Of a stretch of 64,000 bases of DNA, positions 56,601-64,000 are shown piece after piece. Position numbers and translations under genes: made by a program. The stretch is from Auanema rhodensis (lineage: Eukaryota; Animalia; Nematoda), in NCBI GenBank assembly GCA_964057225.1, contig CAXKVF010000073.1:310001-374000 (forward strand), read 5' to 3'. A model generated the notes under the pieces. That model saw only the letters and a list, made by a program, of their open reading frames with translations, made no database searches and had not been told where the DNA came from. Within the stretch, counting starts at the first letter, position 1. Each line of letters starts with the position of its first letter.

Positions 56601-59600
56601 TGATTTTGAAAACCGCATCTCTTTATCTTTCACGTGAAGCGAGTTACATACCAAGTGCACATCACGTGTACATTTAATTAGCATAAATTAAAGTTCACGT
56701 AAATTTCAAAGTCATGGTTACCATGCACCAATATCAATAAAAATTTGTTTTTAGACTAATATGGACATGGGGAATCTAATTTTGAAAACCGCATCTCTTT
56801 ATCTTTCACGTGAAGCGAGTTACATACCAAGTGCACATCACGTGTACAATTAATTAGCATAAATTAAAGTTCACGTAAATTTCAAAGTCATGGTTACCAT
56901 GAACCAATATCAATAAAAATTTGTTTTTATACTAATATGGAGATGGGGAATCTGATTTTGAAAACCGCATCTCTTTATCTTTCACGTGAAGCGAGTTACA
57001 TACCAAGTGCACATCACGTGTACATTTAATTAGCATAAATTAAAGTTCACGTAAATTTCAAAGTCATGGTTACCATGAACCAATATCAATAAAAATTTGT
57101 TTTTAGACTAATATGGACATGGGGAATCTAATTTTGAAAACCGCATCTCTTTATCTTTCACGTGAAGCGAGTTACATACCAAGTGCACATCACGTGTACA
57201 ATTAATTAGCATAAATTAAAGTTCACGTAAATTTCAAAGTCATGGTTACCATGAACCAATATCAATAAAAATTTGTTTTTAGACTAATATGGAGATGGGG
57301 AATCTGATTTTGAAAACCGCATCTCTTTATCTTTCACGTGAAGCGAGTTACATACCAAGTGCACATCACGTGTACATTTAATTAGCATAAATTAAAGTTC
57401 ACGTAAATTTCAAAGTCATGGTTACCATGCACCAATATCAATAAAAATTTGTTTTTAGACTAATATGGACATGGGAAATCTAATTTTGAAAACCGCATCT
57501 CTTTATCTTTCACGTGAAGCGAGTTACATACCAAGTGCACATCACGTGTACAATTAATTAGCATAAATTAAAGTTCACGTAAATTTCAAAGTCATGGTTA
57601 CCATGAACCAATATCAATAAAAATTTGTTTTTAGACTAATATGGACATGGGGAATCTAATTTTGAAAACCGCATCTCTTTATCTTTCACGTGAAGCGAGT
57701 TACATACCAAGTGCACATCACGTGTACAATTAATTAGCATAAATTAAAGTTCACGTAAATTTCAAAGTCATGGTTACCATGAACCAATATCAATAAAAAT
57801 TTGTTTTTAGACTAATATGGAGATGGGGAATCTGATTTTGAAAACCGCATCTCTTTATCTTTCACGTGAAGCGAGTTACATACCAAGTGCACATCACGTG
57901 TACATTTAATTAGCATAAATTAAAGTTCACGTAAATTTCAAAGTCATGGTTACCATGCACCAATATCAATAAAAATTTGTTTTTAGACTAATATGGACAT
58001 GGGGAATCTAATTTTGAAAACCGCATCTCTTTATCTTTCACGTGAAGCGAGTTACATACCAAGTGCACATCACGTGTACAATTAATTAGCATAAATTAAA
58101 GTTCACGTAAATTTCAAAGTCATGGTTACCATGAACCAATATCAATAAAAATTTGTTTTTATACTAATATGGAGATGGGGAATCTGATTTTGAAAACCGC
58201 ATCTCTTTATCTTTCACGTGAAGCGAGTTACATACCAAGTGCACATCACGTGTACATTTAATTAGCATAAATCAAAGTTCACGTAAATTTCAAAGTCATG
58301 GTTACCATGAACCAATATCAATAAAAATTTGTTTTTAGACTAATATGGACATGGGGAATCTAATTTTGAAAACCGCATCTCTTTATCTTTCACGTGAAGC
58401 GAGTTACATACCAAGTGCACATCACGTGTACAATTAATTAGCATAAATTAAAGTTCACGTAAATTTCAAAGTCATGGTTACCATGAACCAATATCAATAA
58501 AAATTTGTTTTTAGACTAATATGGAGATGGGGAATCTGATTTTGAAAACCGCATCTCTTTATCTTTCACGTGAAGCGAGTTATATACCAAGTGCACATCA
58601 CGTGTACATTTAATTAGCATAAATCAAAGTTCACGTAAATTTCAAAGTCATGGTTACCATGAACCAATATCAATAAAAATTTGTTTTAGACTAATATGGA
58701 CATGGGGAATCTAATTTTGAAAACCGCATCTCTTTATCTTTCACGTGAAGCGAGTTACATACCAAGTGCACATCACGTGTACAATTAATTAGCATAAATT
58801 AAAGTTCACGTAAATTTCAAAGTCATAGTTACCATGAACCAATATCAATAAAAATTTGTTTTTAGACTAATATGGAGATGGGGAATCTGATTTTGAAAAC
58901 CGCATCTCTTTATCTTAAACGTGAAGCGAGTTACATACCAAGTGCACATCACGTGTACATTTAATTAGCATAAATTAAAGTTCACGTAAATTTCAAAGTC
59001 ATGGTTACCATGCACCAATATCAATAAAAATTTGTTTTTAGACTAATATGGACATGGGGAATCTAATTTTGAAAACCGCATCTCTTTATCTTTCACGTGA
59101 AGCGAGTTACATACCAAGTGCACATCACGTGTACATTTAATTAGCATAAATTAAAGTTCACGTAAATTTCAAAGTCATGGTTACCATGAACCAATATCAA
59201 TGAAAATTTGTTTTTAGACTAATATGGACATGGGGAATCTAATTTTGAAAACCGCATCTCTTTATCTTTCACGTGAAGCGAGTTACATACCAAGTGCACA
59301 TCACGTGTACAATTAATTAGCATAAATTAAAGTTCACGTAAATTTCAAAGTCATGGTTACCATGAACCAATATCAATAAAAATTTGTTTTTAGACTAATA
59401 TGGACATGGGGAATCTAATTTTGAAAACCGCATCTCTTTATCTTTCACGTGAAGCGAGTTACATACCAAGTGCACATCACGTGTACATTTAATTAGCATA
59501 AATTAAAGTTCACGTAAATTTCAAAGTCATGGTTACCATGAACCAATATCAATAAAAATTTGTTTTTAGACTAATATGGACATGGGGAATCTAATTTTGA

Positions 59601-62600
59601 AAACCGCATCTCTTTATCTTTCACGTGAAGCGAGTTACATACCAAGTGCACATCACGTGTACAATTAATTAGCATAAATTAAAGTTCACGTAAATTTCAA
59701 AGTCATGGTTACCATGAACCAATATCAATAAAAATTTGTTTTTAGACTAATATGGAGATGGGGAATCTGATTTTGAAAACCGCATCTCTTTATCTTTCAC
59801 GTGAAGCAAGTTACATACCAAGTGCACATCACGTGTACATTTAATTAGCATAAATCAAAGTTCACGTAAATTTCAAAGTTATGGTTACCATGAACCAATA
59901 TCAATAAAAATTTGTTCTTAGACTAATATGGACATAAGGAATCTAATTTTGAAAACCGCATCTCTTTATCTTTCACGTGAAGCGAGTTACATACCAAGTG
60001 CACATCACGTGTACAATTAATTAGCATAAATTAAAGTTCACGTAAATTTCAAAGTCATGGTTACCATGAACCAATATCAATAAAAATTTGTTTTTATACT
60101 AATATGGAGATGGGGAATCTGATTTTGAAAACCGCATCTCTTTATCTTTCACGTGAAGCGAGTTACATACCAAGTGCACATCACGTGTACATTTAATTAG
60201 CATAAATTAAAGTTCACGTAAATTTCAAAGTCATGGTTACCATGAACCAATATCAATAAAAATTTGTTTTTAGACTAATATGGACATGGGGAATCTAATT
60301 TTGAAAACCGCATCTCTTTATCTTTCACGTGAAGCGAGTTACATACCAAGTGCACATCACGTGTACAATTAATTAGCATAAATTAAAGTTCACGTAAATT
60401 TCAAAGTCATGGTTACCATGAACCAATATCAATAAAAATTTGTTTTTATACTAATATGGAGATGGGGAATCTGATTTTGAAAACCGCATCTCTTTATCTT
60501 TCACGTGAAGCGAGTTACATACCAAGTGCACATCACGTGTACATTTAATTAGCATAAATCAAAGTTCACGTAAATTTCAAAGTCATGGTTACCATGAACC
60601 AATATCAATAAAAATTTGTTTTTAGACTAATATGGACATGGGGAATCTAATTTTGAAAACCGCATCTCTTTATCTTTCACGTGAAGCGAGTTACATACCA
60701 AGTGCACATCACGTGTACAATTAATTAGCATAAATTAAAGTTCACGTAAATTTCAAAGTCATGGTTACCATGAACCAATATCAATAAAAATTTGTTTTTA
60801 GACTAATATGGAGATGGGGAATCTGATTTTGAAAACCGCATCTCTTTATCTTTCACGTGAAGCGAGTTACATACCAAGTGCACATCACGTGTACATTTAA
60901 TTAGCATAAATCAAAGTTCACGTAAATTTCAAAGTCATGGTTACCATGAACCAATATCAATAAAAATTTGTTTTAGACTAATATGGACATGGGGAATCTA
61001 ATTTTGAAAACCGCATCTCTTTATCTTTCACGTGAAGCGAGTTACATACCAAGTGCACATCACGTGTACAATTAATTAGCATAAATTAAAGTTCACGTAA
61101 ATTTCAAAGTCATAGTTACCATGAACCAATATCAATAAAAATTTGTTTTTAGACTAATATGGAGATGGGGAATCTGATTTTGAAAACCGCATCTCTTTAT
61201 CTTAAACGTGAAGCGAGTTACATACCAAGTGCACATCACGTGTACATTTAATTAGCATAAATTAAAGTTCACGTAAATTTCAAAGTCATGGTTACCATGA
61301 ACCAATATCAATGAAAATTTGTTTTTAGACTAATATGGACATGGGGAATCTAATTTTGAAAACCGCATCTCTTTATCTTTCACGTGAAGCGAGTTACATA
61401 CCAAGTGCACATCACGTGTACAATTAATTAGCATAAATTAAAGTTCACGTAAATTTCAAAGTCATGGTTACCATGAACCAATATCAATAAAAATTTGTTT
61501 TTAGACTAATATGGACATGGGGAATCTAATTTTGAAAACCGCATCTCTTTATCTTTCACGTGAAGCGAGTTACATACCAAGTGCACATCACGTGTACATT
61601 TAATTAGCATAAATTAAAGTTCACGTAAATTTCAAAGTCATGGTTACCATGAACCAATATCAATAAAAATTTGTTTTTAGACTAATATGGACATGGGGAA
61701 TCTAATTTTGAAAACCGCATCTCTTTATCTTTCACGTGAAGCGAGTTACATACCAAGTGCACATCACGTGTACAATTAATTAGCATAAATTAAAGTTCAC
61801 GTAAATTTCAAAGTCATGGTTACCATGAACCAATATCAATAAAAATTTGTTTTTAGACTAATATGGAGATGGGGAATCTGATTTTGAAAACCGCATCTCT
61901 TTATCTTTCACGTGAAGCGAGTTACATACCAAGTGCACATCACGTGTACATTTAATTAGCATAAATCAAAGTTCACGTAAATTTCAAAGTTATGGTTACC
62001 ATGAACCAATATCAATAAAAATTTGTTTTTAGACTAATATGGACATAAGGAATCTAATTTTGAAAACCGCATCTCTTTATCTTTCACGTGAAGCGAGTTA
62101 CATACCAAGTGCACATCACGTGTACAATTAATTAGCATAAATTAAAGTTCACGTAAATTTCAAAGTCATGGTTACCATGAACCAATATCAATAAAAATTT
62201 GTTTTTATACTAATATGGAGATGGGGAATCTGATTTTGAAAACCGCATCTCTTTATCTTTCACGTGAAGCGAGTTACATACCAAGTGCACATCACGTGTA
62301 CATTTAATTAGCATAAATTAAAGTTCACGTAAATTTCAAAGTCATGGTTACCATGAACCAATATCAATAAAAATTTGTTTTTAGACTAATATGGACATGG
62401 GGAATCTAATTTTGAAAACCGCATCTCTTTATCTTTCACGTGAAGCGAGTTACATACCAAGTGCACATCACGTGTACAATTAATTAGCATAAATTAAAGT
62501 TCACGTAAATTTCAAAGTCATGGTTACCATGAACCAATATCAATAAAAATTTGTTTTTAGACTAATATGGAGATGGGGAATCTGATTTTGAAAACCGCAT

Positions 62601-64000
62601 CTCTTTATCTTTCACGTGAAGCGAGTTACATACCAAGTGCACATCACGTGTACATTTAATTAGCATAAATTAAAGTTCACGTAAATTTCAAAGTCATGGT
62701 TACCATGCACCAATATCAATAAAAATTTGTTTTTAGACTAATATGGACATGGGAAATCTAATTTTGAAAACCGCATCTCTTTATCTTTCACGTGAAGCGA
62801 GTTACATACCAAGTGCACATCACGTGTACAATTAATTAGCATAAATTAAAGTTCACGTAAATTTCAAAGTCATGGTTACCATGAACCAATATCAATAAAA
62901 ATTTGTTTTTATACTAATATGGAGATGGGGAATCTGATTTTGAAAACCGCATCTCTTTATCTTTCACGTGAAGCGAGTTACATACCAAGTGCACATCACG
63001 TGTACATTTAATTAGCATAAATTAAAGTTCACGTAAATTTCAAAGTCATGGTTACCATGAACCAATATCAATAAAAATTTGTTTTTAGACTAATATGGAC
63101 ATGGGGAATCTAATTTTGAAAACCGCATCTCTTTATCTTTCACGTGAAGCGAGTTACATACCAAGTGCACATCACGTGTACAATTAATTAGCATAAATTA
63201 AAGTTCACGTAAATTTCAAAGTCATGGTTACCATGAACCAATATCAATAAAAATTTGTTTTTAGACTAATATGGAGATGGGGAATCTGATTTTGAAAACC
63301 GCATCTCTTTATCTTTCACGTGAAGCGAGTTACATACCAAGTGCACATCACGTGTACATTTAATTAGCATAAATTAAAGTTCACGTAAATTTCAAAGTCA
63401 TGGTTACCATGAACCAATATCAATAAAAATTTGTTTTTAGACTAATATGGACATGGGGAATCTAATTTTGAAAACCGCATCTCTTTATCTTTCACGTGAA
63501 GCGAGTTACATACCAAGTGCACATCACGTGTACAATTAATTAGCATAAATTAAAGTTCACGTAAATTTCAAAGTCATGGTTACCATGAACCAATATCAAT
63601 AAAAATTTGTTTTTAGACTAATATGGAGATGGGGAATCTGATTTTGAAAACCGCATCTCTTTATCTTTCACGTGAAGCGAGTTACATACCAAGTGCACAT
63701 CACGTGTACATTTAATTAGCATAAATCAAAGTTCACGTAAATTTCAAAGTCATGGTTACCATGAACCAATATCAATAAAAATTTGTTTTTAGACTAATAT
63801 GGACATGGGGAATCTAATTTTGAAAACCGCATCTCTTTATCTTTCACGTGAAGCGAGTTACATACCAAGTGCACATCACGTGTACAATTAATTAGCATAA
63901 ATTAAAGTTCACGTAAATTTCAAAGTCATGGTTACCATGAACCAATATCAATAAAAATTTGTTTTTATACTAATATGGAGATGGGGAATCTGATTTTGAA
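38625..64000. repeat. Right outer satellite domain with 9-15-mer higher-order repeats and a 70-monomer duplication
   Basis: A155C is frequent again, with G7T (TTTTTATACT) on B units. Recurring markers are G25A, G86A, G145A, TC59-60AA and a T-run 1-bp deletion. Confidence 0.8.

Larger units (their letters stand above)
1..64000. repeat. Tandem satellite DNA array, 176-bp monomer, 364 units plus a partial unit, all in one orientation; probably centromeric or pericentromeric satellite of a eukaryote
   Basis: The unit start TTTTTAGACT recurs at 1, 177, ... and 2641 (15x176). The last unit starts at 63962 = 364x176 - 103 + 1. The 103 bp are fully explained by one 94-bp deletion (22711) and nine 1-bp deletions (~28413, ~29996, ~38823, ~44786, ~45137, ~49712, ~50062, ~58686, ~60972). 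The centromeric role is inferred from monomer size and homogeneity only. Confidence 0.99.

Noticed and set aside
1-64000. CRISPR array or other repeat-spacer system
   Set aside because: There are no unique spacers. The entire 176 bp is repeated at near identity, and there are no cas or other genes.
1-64000. Transposon insertion, inversion or telomeric repeats
   Set aside because: The register arithmetic accounts for every base with 176-bp units minus 103 bp of deletions, leaving no room for inserted sequence. All units are in the same orientation.

Overview
The whole 64 kb window is one uninterrupted, single-orientation, head-to-tail satellite DNA array. The monomer is 176 bp and about 32% GC. 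The window holds 364 units (one internally deleted to 82 bp) plus a 39-bp partial unit, and copies differ at only a few positions. I find no genes, RNA genes, transposons or CRISPR, and the single 60-aa ORF is an artefact of one point mutation in one monomer. Monomer length and homogeneity are typical of eukaryotic centromeric or pericentromeric satellite, but I cannot name the organism or family. The information lies in the variant pattern, read by eye. (1) Two monomer types, A and B, often alternate as a 352-bp dimer. (2) Local higher-order repeats of 4-17 monomers occur, plus a 70-monomer duplication. (3) Diagnostic variants form about four concentric layers centred near 25-26 kb, with matching rare haplotypes on both sides, as expected from layered expansion. 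(4) The monomer is dense in dyads and carries three phased TCACGT motifs. (5) Several common variants extend or create palindromes.
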